From the NCBI GenBank assembly GCA_965249105.1, contig OZ252219.1, positions 4,823,108-4,887,107 of the forward strand: a stretch of DNA of 64,000 nucleotides. Direction: 5' to 3'. Made by a program: the position numbers and the translations under genes. Shown here one piece after another: positions 30,360 through 39,934 of the stretch. Positions within the stretch are counted from its first letter, which is position 1, and every line of letters begins with the position of its first letter. Under the pieces are notes generated by a model that worked only from the letters and a program-made list of their open reading frames with translations, searched no databases and was not told the DNA's origin. The DNA comes from Vicinamibacterales bacterium (GTDB taxonomy: Bacteria > Acidobacteriota > Vicinamibacteria > Vicinamibacterales > UBA8438).

Positions 30360-30778
30360 GCCCCCGACCGGGACGACCGTCGTCAATTCGCGCCCTCGCT
30401 GCGGGAGTCCTGGCGCTGACTGCAGCCCCGCCGATGGGCGCCCACCACTCCATCCTGCCATTCGACGGCACCCAGGCGACGACCGTGCACGGAGTGGTGG
30501 CGAGGTTCGTTTGGCAGAACCCACATGCGCATATCTATCTCGATGTCACGAACGAACAGGGTGACGTAGAGCAGTGGGCGATCGAAAGTGAGGGTGCCAA
30601 CGGGTTGCGCAGGCTTGGCTGGACGAAGGATGTGATTAGACCGGGCGATCGGGTGACGAGCATGGGGGCGCGCGCGAAGAACGGCGCCCCGATCATGCGG
30701 TGCCAGGCGCTCGTGTTGGGGGACGGGCGGCGTCTAGCTTGCCAACTCGAGATTGAAACACCATTGAGGAAGGGATAG
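30356..30778 (+). CDS. DUF6152 family protein
   Basis: Signal peptide-AHHS...WQNPHAHIY; GTG overlaps the MFS stop. Confidence 0.8.
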   Translation: MSPRPGRPSSIRALAAGVLALTAAPPMGAHHSILPFDGTQATTVHGVVARFVWQNPHAHIYLDVTNEQGDVEQWAIESEGANGLRRLGWTKDVIRPGDRVTSMGARAKNGAPIMRCQALVLGDGRRLACQLEIETPLRKG

Positions 30779-30817
30779 AGTCGGCCAGGTCACACCCGTG
30801 GCCAGCCCAGTGGCAAG

Positions 30818-31633
30818 ATGGAGCCCTCCGTGAACCGGCGTGTCGCAATGGCGATCGTTCTCTCCTTGGCGGTGGGAGCCCTCGCGCAGAGCGCATGCGG
30901 GAATGCAGCAACGGGCGATGGCATGGCGGCGGACTCGCCGCTGCGCACGTCTGACGGCCATCCCGACTTTCAGGGGATCTGGCAGGTTCGCAACACCGCT
31001 CACTGGGATCTGCAGCATCACGCCGGCAGCGACAACATACCCGCGGGTCTTGGCGTCGTCGTCGATCCGCCGGATGGACGCATTCCGTACCAGGAGTGGG
31101 CGCTCGAGCAAAAGCAGGCGAACTTCGAAGACCGCGACACACTCGACCCGCAAGAGAAGTGCTACCTGGCCGGCGTCCCGCGAACGATGTATCTGCCGTT
31201 CCCGTTTCAGATCTTTCAAACTGACGAAGAGGTCGTGGTCTTCTCGGAGTATGTCCATACATGGCGCTGGCTCCCGCTATTCGACCTTCCACGCTATCCC
31301 GGGTATGAATCGTGGATGGGAGACCCGCGCGGGCACTGGGAGGGAGACACGCTTGTGGTTGAGTCGATCGGCTTCAACGGTCAAACGTGGCTCGACCACG
31401 CCGGCGACTTCCACAGTGACGCCCTGGTCGTGACCGAGCGGCTTACCCTCGCCGACGCCGACACGATCACCTACGAAGCGACGATCGAGGATCCGACGGT
31501 GTTCACGCAGCCGTGGACGATCCGTATGCCGATCTACCGCCACCGTGACATGGATCAGATCCTCGAGTACGAATGCTATCTATACGCGGAAGATGAGGGC
31601 CGGCCGATCTTCGGTCGGCATCCGGAAAACTAG
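30818..31633 (+). CDS. uncharacterised secreted lipoprotein, paralog 1
   Basis: PDFQGIW, PDGRIPYQ, KC..GVPR, GHWEGDTLVV, EDP..FTxPWT, EYEC. Confidence 0.8.
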   Translation: MEPSVNRRVAMAIVLSLAVGALAQSACGNAATGDGMAADSPLRTSDGHPDFQGIWQVRNTAHWDLQHHAGSDNIPAGLGVVVDPPDGRIPYQEWALEQKQANFEDRDTLDPQEKCYLAGVPRTMYLPFPFQIFQTDEEVVVFSEYVHTWRWLPLFDLPRYPGYESWMGDPRGHWEGDTLVVESIGFNGQTWLDHAGDFHSDALVVTERLTLADADTITYEATIEDPTVFTQPWTIRMPIYRHRDMDQILEYECYLYAEDEGRPIFGRHPEN

Positions 31634-31645
31634 TGGAGCGCCCTC

Positions 31646-32518
31646 GTGAGTCGTAAAGCGAGATTCGTTGGTGGTACGGCCGCGGCATTCACACTTGTCT
31701 CACTGGTTCTCATGTCGGCCGGGGGACAGGACACCGAAGCTCCAGAGCTGTTCGGTGGCTGTCCAAGCGATTCTGTCGCGTTCCACGAATGCGCGGTAGA
31801 AAAGGCCAAGACCTTCGACCCGCCTCGAACGCCGGACGGTCAACCCGACATGCGCGGATACTGGCGCGGCCACCACAATGGCGCCGCGTTCGACATCGAG
31901 CCCGGCGAACGGTCATTCGCGCTGCAGCAAACGCTCGGTGTGATCGTGGATCAGCCAGACCGACGTATCCCCTATCAGCCTTGGGCGCTGGCTCGCAGAG
32001 ACGAGCTCCGCGAACAGCTGTATCTCGACCCCCAGGCGCACTGCGCTCCATCGGGATCACCGCGAAAGAACTTCACGAACTACGGCTGGCGGATCATCCA
32101 GCTACCGGAACACTTCCTCTTTGTCTACGAATCGATGCACGACTATCGGATCATTCCGACCGATGGCCGTGCCCACCTGCCAGAGACCGTCAAGCTGTGG
32201 CATGGCGATCCGCTGGGGCACTGGGAGGGCAACACGTTCGTCGTGGATTTCACCAATCTCAACGGCAGGCACTGGTTCGACATGTCAGGAAATTTTCAGA
32301 GTGAGAACATCCACGTCGTCGAGCGCTATACGCTGATCGACCCGGACACGATTCACTTCGAGGCCAGGATCGAGGATCCGACCATCTACACCAGTAGCTG
32401 GACGCTGTCGTTTCCCTTCGTTCGGAACAACGAGGAAGGCTACTACCAGCTCGAATACGCCTGTCACGAGGGCGAACGCGACCTCCAACATCTGATGCCA
32501 GATGCCGACTCGCATTAG
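31646..32518 (+). CDS. uncharacterised secreted protein, paralog 2
   Basis: Same motif series as 30818. Confidence 0.8.
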   Translation: MSRKARFVGGTAAAFTLVSLVLMSAGGQDTEAPELFGGCPSDSVAFHECAVEKAKTFDPPRTPDGQPDMRGYWRGHHNGAAFDIEPGERSFALQQTLGVIVDQPDRRIPYQPWALARRDELREQLYLDPQAHCAPSGSPRKNFTNYGWRIIQLPEHFLFVYESMHDYRIIPTDGRAHLPETVKLWHGDPLGHWEGNTFVVDFTNLNGRHWFDMSGNFQSENIHVVERYTLIDPDTIHFEARIEDPTIYTSSWTLSFPFVRNNEEGYYQLEYACHEGERDLQHLMPDADSH

Positions 32519-32551
32519 ACGGACGTGTCGACCGTCTGGGTTAGTGGCGTA

Positions 32552-32986
32552 CTAACGAGTCGTTCGAGTCGGACCGCCGGGGGCGCCCGTCCCTGGGGAT
32601 CCGGTGTAGAAACCGCGACCGTCGGGCAGGGTCACGCTTTGGCTGTTCGCGGTTGTCGACCCATCTTTGGCGCGATAGCCGTCGACAGTCACGATTGAGC
32701 CAATAGGCAGGTGATCCTCGGTGACGCCGCGTCTGATCAGCGAGTTGGGCGTGCCCATCTCGATATTCCACCGCGTCGTGTTGCCGTCCTCATCCGTCAC
32801 TTCGATATACAGCCAGGCGTGGGGGTTCACCCACTCGACCCTTACGAGGGCGCCCTCCAAGGTGATTGGCTGGTTGGCATCGAACTCGGCGGCAAAGGCG
32901 TGGTGGGCAAGACCCCTGGCTCCGGCGAGTTGGACGCCGACCACAATTCCCAACCCGAGCGTTACGAGTCTGACGTGCGCCGCCAT
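32552..32986 (-). CDS. DUF6152 family protein
   Basis: AHHAFAAEFD...WVNPHAWLY...GDGYRAKDG-like motif. Confidence 0.85.
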   Translation of the reverse strand: MAAHVRLVTLGLGIVVGVQLAGARGLAHHAFAAEFDANQPITLEGALVRVEWVNPHAWLYIEVTDEDGNTTRWNIEMGTPNSLIRRGVTEDHLPIGSIVTVDGYRAKDGSTTANSQSVTLPDGRGFYTGSPGTGAPGGPTRTTR

Positions 32987-33022
32987 TGGTATGCTCCTTG
33001 GCCACGAAACGCGAGACGTCGC

Positions 33023-34225
33023 TTATCGTAGGCCCGTGAACGTGAACTTCTGCACACGGTCCCCGCCGACAGTTTCTGCCACGTAGATATTCCCGTGTGA
33101 GTCGGTTTCGAGCGCATGGACAATCGCGAATTCGCCCGCATACTGTCCACCCGTCCCGAACGAGTCGACAATCTCCAGAGTATCACGACGTAGGATCCAC
33201 ACCTTCTTGTTGGCCCCGTCACCGAGATACAGGAATCGTTGCTCGGGATCGACAGAGAAGGCGATGTCGAACGATGCCCCGAACCCGAGCGTGCGTGGCG
33301 CAACGAACCCCTCCTGCACGAACGTCCCGTCCTTGTGAAAAACCTGGATTCTGTTGCCCTCTCGGTCGCACACGTACACCAGACCGTCGCGGCTCACCTC
33401 GACGCAGTGCACAGGACGCCGAAACTGTTGGGACGGGGGAGCGTCGGGATCGTACTGCGGGTCGCCGTCGAGGGGCGCGTTGCCGTACGCGCCCCACATC
33501 CGCTTGAACGCCCCAGTGTCAGCGTCGAGCACGATCACGCGGTTATTCTCGTACCCGTCAGCGACATAGACCTCGTTGTCCTCCTCAACAACAAAGAGGC
33601 CAGCAGGGGAGCCGAAGTTGTCCGTATCGGCGTTGCCTCCACTCTGGCCGAACGACCCTCGCTGAAAGACCAGCTGGCCGTCTCCCGTCAACTTCGTCAC
33701 GGTGGCCGCACCCGGCTCCGCTCCCCCGGTCCACACGTTGCCCTGATGATCGACGAACAGCCCGTGCTCGCGCGGCCAGTCGTAGCCCTCGGCCGTGCGC
33801 TTGCTTTCAGGTGCGGCCGGATCCGGTCCACCCCAGGCCTGAACGACCTCGCCCGATGGGTCGAACTCGATGATCGATGGGAAGGGTCGGCAGCACTCGC
33901 CGGCTGGTGGATCGAGTGCTGCGTAGTCGTTGGACAGCGTCATCGAGAGCGGACGATGAATGACCCACAAATGATCGTTCGCGTCCACGGCCATCCCCGC
34001 GACGTTGCCAAAAACCCATTGGTTGGGGAATGGCCGCTTCGGCCAGGTTGGATCGAAGTCGAATACCGGGACCGGGTCGCCGTCGGCCGAGGTCGGGACG
34101 GCTTCCGGGGGTTCGCTGGGTGGGGGCTGGCTCGGGGCGCCGCAGCTGGCGAGGATCCACCCACTGATGACCAGCAGTCCGATGGGTGCTGCCCCGTGTC
34201 GCTTCATCCTGCCTCCTTCGTCCAT
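33023..34225 (-). CDS. NHL-repeat lipoprotein, PAL (peptidyl-alpha-hydroxyglycine lyase)-like
   Basis: EHGLFVD, YVADGY.NNRV, VHCVEV, CDREGNRIQVF, VHALETD; start may be 34207. Confidence 0.8.
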   Translation of the reverse strand: MDEGGRMKRHGAAPIGLLVISGWILASCGAPSQPPPSEPPEAVPTSADGDPVPVFDFDPTWPKRPFPNQWVFGNVAGMAVDANDHLWVIHRPLSMTLSNDYAALDPPAGECCRPFPSIIEFDPSGEVVQAWGGPDPAAPESKRTAEGYDWPREHGLFVDHQGNVWTGGAEPGAATVTKLTGDGQLVFQRGSFGQSGGNADTDNFGSPAGLFVVEEDNEVYVADGYENNRVIVLDADTGAFKRMWGAYGNAPLDGDPQYDPDAPPSQQFRRPVHCVEVSRDGLVYVCDREGNRIQVFHKDGTFVQEGFVAPRTLGFGASFDIAFSVDPEQRFLYLGDGANKKVWILRRDTLEIVDSFGTGGQYAGEFAIVHALETDSHGNIYVAETVGGDRVQKFTFTGLR

Positions 34226-34306
34226 GCGTTCATGCCGCCTCCTCTGCCGAGCGCCGTTCTTCTACGACCTCGGGACTGCCGCGACGTCGAGGCTCAGCCG
34301 GCGACG

Positions 34307-35464
34307 TCAGGGACGACGACGTGGAGGGGCCTGGAGCTCTTTCCAGGAAGGCACCTCAGGATTCCGCGCGAGCCATCCCTCGTAGTCAGTCCGCCGATTC
34401 TTTAGAGATGGATCCTCTTTCTCTAGATTTCGCACGGCATTGAGTATGTGCACCATCGCGTAGTTGCCTTCCGCGCATGCGTACTCGAAGAAGATGAGGG
34501 ACTTCTCGTCTGTGAGAATGTTCGTCAGCGTGAGCTCGACCGACCACGGAGACATGAACTTGGATGGATCAGTGACCGTCAGTTGGTACTCCATCTCGTC
34601 AGGTCCAACACGCGTCCAGCGTTCAGCGAGGTGCAGGGTTTCCGACCCGGACTTCCAGGTGTCCTGCCACCACTGATCCGCCTTATCGAGAAAATGACTC
34701 GTCTCGACGACCAGGCTGTCACCTTCCCACCGACCACTGGCGTTGCCGAGCCAGGTCGGCACTTCGCTCGATGGCCGGCCGTCGGTTGGGATGATGCGGC
34801 GGTCGCGGAACTGCTCATGGAGGATGACGACGTACCCAGGACCCTGAACGAACTGATTGGGTCCCGTCCCGACCCACATTTGACCGATGGTGCCATCCGT
34901 GAGACACCGTTCACCGGTGTCCCTGTCGAGCCAGGAGTTGGCGTAGTGATCGTCGGGCGGATAGTTGGATACCCACATCGCGTGGAACTGCTCACGCTTG
35001 ATCAGCTCGGGTCTCAGCGGAAGGCGGCCATCCGGGGGCTCCACGATGAGCGAGGTGCGCCGGCTCGCCTTCTTCGCTAGGCCCTCATACACCCAGAACC
35101 GGTTGTACTCATTCGACTGAAATGGGGATTCCTCGACGTCAGGGCGGAAGTCGTCTGCGCCGTCGATGCCTTTCGCGAAGGTCGCCGCCTCTCGTGCCCG
35201 GATATCAGCCACCTCTTCGTTGGTGAGAAACTCTCGTCCGTCGACGTTGTCGGGACGTTCCAACGGCGCGGTCCCCTGATGTCGCCACACTCCCTGGAAG
35301 TCCGGCTCGCCCCAGGCTGTGCGAGGCGCGGTCCATGCCTCGTCGGTCGCCTCCGTCTGCTCGGACCCGCACCCCAGGGAGAAGGTGAGGGCGCCAATCG
35401 CGCAACCGCCGAGCCATCCTGATCGCCGCGTCCACACTTGTTTTCTCTTGTGAGCTGGCTCCAC
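34307..35464 (-). CDS. uncharacterised secreted lipoprotein, paralog 3
   Basis: PDFQGVW, PPDGRLP, GRWEGDSLVVE, EYACAEGN. Confidence 0.8.
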   Translation of the reverse strand: MEPAHKRKQVWTRRSGWLGGCAIGALTFSLGCGSEQTEATDEAWTAPRTAWGEPDFQGVWRHQGTAPLERPDNVDGREFLTNEEVADIRAREAATFAKGIDGADDFRPDVEESPFQSNEYNRFWVYEGLAKKASRRTSLIVEPPDGRLPLRPELIKREQFHAMWVSNYPPDDHYANSWLDRDTGERCLTDGTIGQMWVGTGPNQFVQGPGYVVILHEQFRDRRIIPTDGRPSSEVPTWLGNASGRWEGDSLVVETSHFLDKADQWWQDTWKSGSETLHLAERWTRVGPDEMEYQLTVTDPSKFMSPWSVELTLTNILTDEKSLIFFEYACAEGNYAMVHILNAVRNLEKEDPSLKNRRTDYEGWLARNPEVPSWKELQAPPRRRP

Positions 35465-35485
35465 GCGAATGCTCGAGTCCTCTCG

Positions 35486-35941
35486 CTATTCTTCTGGCGG
35501 CACCGGCACTCGGGCGACGAGCACCTCGCCTTGCCCGGCGTTGCGCGTCTTATGGCCGTGCCCGGTTGTATCTGCCACGAGCAGGACTGAGCCTGGCGGA
35601 AACACCCTCGCCTCTCCGCTACCTGCCGTGACCTCAAAGAGGCCCTGCATGATCACCAGAAACTGCTTCCTCGGTGACGGATGGTACCCCTGAGAGAAAC
35701 CTTCCGGCAGCCGAAGGAACCCGACACTTCTGGCCTCCAGCAGCGGCGTCGTCCACGCTTCCAGTGACGGGAGAGGTGCCCAAGCGATTTCATCGTCGTC
35801 GAAATGAGAAACCCCATCGTCGTCCGGATAGATCCTCGCGTATGACAGCGCGTCGTCCTGAGCCGCGAGCGGTTGTGTGAGAAAAGCCACCGCAGAGAGC
35901 AACAATGACCCGGCCAAGAAACAGCTGTTTACCTTCCTCAT
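35486..35941 (-). CDS. secreted cupin-domain protein
   Basis: Signal peptide; YHPSPRKQF...GSVLLVADTTGHGH. Confidence 0.8.
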   Translation of the reverse strand: MRKVNSCFLAGSLLLSAVAFLTQPLAAQDDALSYARIYPDDDGVSHFDDDEIAWAPLPSLEAWTTPLLEARSVGFLRLPEGFSQGYHPSPRKQFLVIMQGLFEVTAGSGEARVFPPGSVLLVADTTGHGHKTRNAGQGEVLVARVPVPPEE

Positions 35942-35988
35942 TGCTTCACCCCTCCGCCCATAACCTCATCGCAACCTCCGACGGAGGT

Positions 35989-37269
35989 TTACCCGCCAGC
36001 GGGGTCGAGACTGTAGGTCGTGAAACCGATCATCATCTCTTCCCACGTCTGCTCGCCCCACGACACCGGGCTTGCCGGGTCGGGGTTGAAGCGGTTTGCG
36101 GCTGAGTTGTCGAACACGGCGGTACACACGAGGCGGGAACCGGCGGGTGCTTTGATCGGCTCCTTCAGGTAGTAGTCGCGCTGCCAGTTGAAGTCGTAAC
36201 GCGGCACCGACAGGAGCACCTCGCTACTCCCGTCAGGGTAGAAGAGGACGTACTCAAATGCCTTCCCGCGCCGGTGCATGTGCGGAAACAGGGTCCAGAG
36301 TAGGACATCCTCCGTGAACGTCACTTGGGACACCACCTCGTGATGTGCCGCCCCCGCCGGAATCTCGAAGTCGAAGGTCATGACGGGAATCGTCCGGAGC
36401 CGCTGCGCCGGCGGCTCGTCGGCGAAGAGGAAACCGATCTGGGTTTGGTCGACCGTTGGCGTCCCAATGGTCACGTAATGCACCTCGAGGGTAAGTTCGG
36501 AGCCAGCCCTCACCAGGAGGCCCGCGTCGTCGCTAAGCTGCGGAGGCTCGGTGCCAACTCCGGCTGCCAGCACCACGTTCCCGAATGGCGAAACGCGCAG
36601 CGTGGGCTCATCTCCGATCTGCTTCGCTGGGCCGCTGTCGATCCGGATACCGGGGTACTCGACCTCATTGGGGTCGGGCGCAGGCTCCCGGGCGTGCAGG
36701 CCGACGTGGTGAACGACCGCCGGGTTACTCGGGAGCACCTGCACGCGCGCGATCCACTTGTCCTCCGCGAAATTTGTAGGGATGACGAAGTGTTGGTAGG
36801 CGACCGCTCCCTCGGCTGGCACCTCGAACGGTTCGGCGATCTGCAAGACGACGTCAGGTGTACCGATCAGCCACCCACCCGGAAAGACCGGCTGGGACGG
36901 CAAGTCGCCCGGATCACCTTCCGGAGAGCCGGCATCAACCCATGAGACGATGGCCTCAATTTCTTGTTCGGTAAGCGAGGGGTCGTTCTGAAACTTTCCA
37001 TACTGAGAGTCGGCATGCCACGGGGGCATCTCGCGCGCGAGAACCCTTTGCTTGATCGCGCGTGCCCACGGCCGCGTTTCCGCGTAGCTCATCAGCGGCA
37101 TCGGGCCGACAGCGCCCTCACGGTGACACTGCACACACCTCTCGTACAGGATGGGTGCGACGTCCCCGGTAAAGGTGGCACGTTCGGGACGCGTTTGCGC
37201 GAGCCCCTGCGCCACCGTCAGCACACAGATGCTCAGCGTGAGAAGCGCATCAACCCACGATCGCTGCAT
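35989..37269 (-). CDS. heme c + copper type II (PHM/DBH-like) monooxygenase
   Basis: CVQCH; VVHHV, EVHY, PHMH, EEMM; start refined to MQRSW. Confidence 0.8.
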   Translation of the reverse strand: MQRSWVDALLTLSICVLTVAQGLAQTRPERATFTGDVAPILYERCVQCHREGAVGPMPLMSYAETRPWARAIKQRVLAREMPPWHADSQYGKFQNDPSLTEQEIEAIVSWVDAGSPEGDPGDLPSQPVFPGGWLIGTPDVVLQIAEPFEVPAEGAVAYQHFVIPTNFAEDKWIARVQVLPSNPAVVHHVGLHAREPAPDPNEVEYPGIRIDSGPAKQIGDEPTLRVSPFGNVVLAAGVGTEPPQLSDDAGLLVRAGSELTLEVHYVTIGTPTVDQTQIGFLFADEPPAQRLRTIPVMTFDFEIPAGAAHHEVVSQVTFTEDVLLWTLFPHMHRRGKAFEYVLFYPDGSSEVLLSVPRYDFNWQRDYYLKEPIKAPAGSRLVCTAVFDNSAANRFNPDPASPVSWGEQTWEEMMIGFTTYSLDPAGG

Positions 37270-37403
37270 CACCTCGCCTCCATACGGTCGGGAGGGCATC
37301 GCCCGACTACGTTCGACTCCGTCTTCGCAATGTCCATTCTCGTATACTGACAGAACGTGAGCGGCGCGCAAAGTTCGAATCGATGAGGCAGGGACGATCA
37401 ACA

Positions 37404-38243
37404 ATGCGCATTCAACTCCTCGTCCTGGCCGCGACTGCGGTCGTCGTGATCGCGCTGCATCCGGCGCCGCCGCTCCTGGCGCAAGCCCCGACGTTCGAGG
37501 TTCCACGCCTACCGGACGGCGCACCGGATTTGAGCGGAATCTGGCAGACTCTCAATACGTCGAACTACGACATCCTGGCTCATCCGGCGAGGCCGGGCCC
37601 GTTTCCTCAATTGCTCGGGGCGATCGGCGCCGTCCCGGCCGGTCATGGCATCGTCGAGGGGAACGAGCTTCCTTACCAGCCCTGGGCGCTCGGACAGAAA
37701 CAGTCGAACTTCGACACTCGTCTGCACGCCGATCCGCATGATTTGACAATCGGGGACCCGGAGGCGAAGTGCTTCATGCCTGGTGTTCCGCGCGCCAACT
37801 ACATGCCCTTCCCATTTCAGATCGTGCAGGGCACAGACCAGATCCTGATCGCGTACGAGTTCGCTCACGCCAGCCGCATCATCCACATGACCGACGTGGG
37901 CGAAAGCCCGACGAACACGTGGATGGGGCACTCGCGAGGGCGCTGGGACGGCGACGTGCTAGTCGTCGATGTCACGAGCAACATTGCGGATACGTGGTTT
38001 GACCGTGTGGGTAACTTTCACAGCGAGGAGATGCGCGTCACGGAACGATGGACGAGGACCGGTCCAGACCACATCTCCTACGAAGCCACGATCGACGATC
38101 CGGAAGTGTTCACGCGTCCGTGGACGATCCGCTTCCCGCTGTACCGACGAATCGAGGACAACGCGGAGATCAACGAGTTCCGGTGCGTTGAGTTCGCCGA
38201 GCCCTTCATCCTCGGAACGCTGAGCAACCCGCCCCTGAAGTAG
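37404..38243 (+). CDS. uncharacterised secreted protein, paralog 4
   Basis: PDLSGIW, KCFMPGVPR, GRWDGDVLVV, DDPEVFTRPWT, EFRC. Confidence 0.8.
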   Translation: MRIQLLVLAATAVVVIALHPAPPLLAQAPTFEVPRLPDGAPDLSGIWQTLNTSNYDILAHPARPGPFPQLLGAIGAVPAGHGIVEGNELPYQPWALGQKQSNFDTRLHADPHDLTIGDPEAKCFMPGVPRANYMPFPFQIVQGTDQILIAYEFAHASRIIHMTDVGESPTNTWMGHSRGRWDGDVLVVDVTSNIADTWFDRVGNFHSEEMRVTERWTRTGPDHISYEATIDDPEVFTRPWTIRFPLYRRIEDNAEINEFRCVEFAEPFILGTLSNPPLK

Positions 38244-38378
38244 CGGGCACTTCATCCGGCCCGTCGTCGGCTCCGTAACGCGGCCCAGGCAAGGCTTCCA
38301 AGGAACACAACCTTCACAACGGCGCCTTCCTGTATCGGTGAGGAACAAGGTTTGTTACTCGTGTGCATCGTCACAAAA

Positions 38379-38964
38379 GTTTTAATCCGGGATAATCCGG
38401 GATAACCCGGGATGACCCCGGGATGCGACTCGCGCGGGCGCAACGACTGACGGGGAGGGCGACAGAATTGGGCCGTGCCGAGGCCCGATCCGCCGTCCGT
38501 GGGAGGGGTGTCCCGGGAGGCTCTCACGTGCGCCCCACCCGGACCACGGAAACCGGCTCGCGAGACGATCGCCCGCATACCGGCGCCACCTCGCTCCAGA
38601 CGTGTCTCGTCTTCTCGGCGCCGCGCCCGCGACCGTCGAAATCGCCCGGCATCCACAGAAAAAACTTGGGGCCGCCCCCGAGCGATCCCGGAGTGCGAGC
38701 ATCAGCGGGACTGGGTGGCGGTGGGGGCAGTCTCGAGCGAACCCGTCTCGCACGTCGATAAGCGAATAAAAGACGAATATTGGATGGGTCCCTACTATGT
38801 CCCGCTTCAAACTCCTTGACCGGCTCAGGGGGAGTGTCTTGGCGGGCAGCGTCGGTACCTCCGCATCGGAGGATAAGTTGTTGTCCTCGCGCGAGTCGCA
38901 TCCCGGGGTCATCCCGAATTATCCCGGATTAAAACTTGGGTCATGCCTAGCCGGCCGTCACCGG
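38379..38964. repeat. complete L-core-R unit B (core 38716) bounded by inverted repeats
   Basis: GTTTTAATCCGGGAT...CCGGATTAAAAC ends; 29-bp inner IR 38408-38436/38888-38916. Confidence 0.95.
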
Positions 38965-39248
38965 GACCGGTCCCGCACGATGGAGGAGCAGCGGTCAAAG
39001 TACGGCAAGACACAGATCGCCGTGTTCAAATTCTCCTCCCGCGGCGAATGGTACCCGAACGGGCCAACGAGGCCTTGGCTAATCTCGGCGAGATCAACAC
39101 CATGATGCACGGCATCCTCGATCTCATGGAAAGAGAGTCAGCGCCACCGGCGTCGGAAAAAGAGGTGGTGAGTATGTTCAGAAAGGTGCGGGAGCTCTCA
39201 CGCATCGCGGAGAAGGAGCTTCACGCGCTGGTGCTGTCTTGTACCTGA
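38943..39248 (+). CDS. hypothetical protein, start codon inside the R-end extension
   Basis: 101-aa ORF with helical-looking C-half; no family recognised. Confidence 0.35.
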   Translation: MPSRPSPGPVPHDGGAAVKVRQDTDRRVQILLPRRMVPERANEALANLGEINTMMHGILDLMERESAPPASEKEVVSMFRKVRELSRIAEKELHALVLSCT

Positions 39249-39330
39249 AGTACGAGAGGCGCCGGTATTACGTTTCACAATTTCTGAGCCAGGACTAGAC
39301 GGGGAGCCGCCGGTTTAGCCAGACTGGGAC

Positions 39331-39888
39331 ATGGTCATACTTCGGCCGACACGCAAGCTGAGTTCCTTGCTGCCGGCAACGGAGGTCGTTCCGGCCAGCT
39401 CCGACACAGCGCTCGGCGATTGGTACGTCAATCGAGTTGTGGTGGATCGGCAGCCGCTTCTTCTCTTGGTGAGTTCCACCTCCCTGCTGCCGATGCTGAT
39501 TCCGGCACGGGATGTGCGGGGCCTCCCTACCCGACTCGTTGCGCTCGTCGAGGCAAGATTGCGACATTGCGGTATCGACGATCGGACGATCGCCGCCGAG
39601 ACTCGGGCCATGGCTTCGGTCGCGGTCGGTCCGACGGTCGATCGGTCCGTGCTCGGCATCATGGTCGACTTCGCGAAGGCGGTTCCGTACCATCTTGCGC
39701 CGGGGCAGTGGGGGGAAGCGACCCTGCGGATCGTTGAAGATCGCCTCGCCGAGACTCCGTGCCACGCGGCGCACTCATGGGACCGCGTGATATTTCCGGA
39801 GAAGAAGGCATCGGAGGTGCTGCGGGCGAAATGGCTGGCGAACACGCCGCTGCAGCTGACGAGCAGTGCAGGGACCAGTGTGCATTAA
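39331..39888 (+). CDS. DUF6933-like protein
   Basis: LRPTRKL...LGDWYVN...LLLLVS..SLLPMLIPA. Confidence 0.65.
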   Translation: MVILRPTRKLSSLLPATEVVPASSDTALGDWYVNRVVVDRQPLLLLVSSTSLLPMLIPARDVRGLPTRLVALVEARLRHCGIDDRTIAAETRAMASVAVGPTVDRSVLGIMVDFAKAVPYHLAPGQWGEATLRIVEDRLAETPCHAAHSWDRVIFPEKKASEVLRAKWLANTPLQLTSSAGTSVH

Positions 39889-39906
39889 GCATCGAGGTCG
39901 CCGCTC
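39837..39906. other. possible truncated integron attC site
   Basis: GGCGAAC ACGCCGCTGCAGCTGACGAGC left arm; right arm stops after CGCCGCTC. Confidence 0.35.
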
Positions 39907-39934
39907 CGACCATCACGCCCACGGCGGGGCGCAG

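Noticed and set aside
38382-38912. ORFs inside the L/R repeats ([10 protein letters not shown]..., MRLARAQ..., also at 3312, 45271, 49690, 53119)
   Set aside because: Length and frame differ between copies and no family is recognisable; chance ORFs in GC-rich repeats
38379-38935. Simple MITE with target-site duplication
   Set aside because: No TSD found at any copy, flanks on the two sides are never halves of one gene, and half-units occur at both array ends
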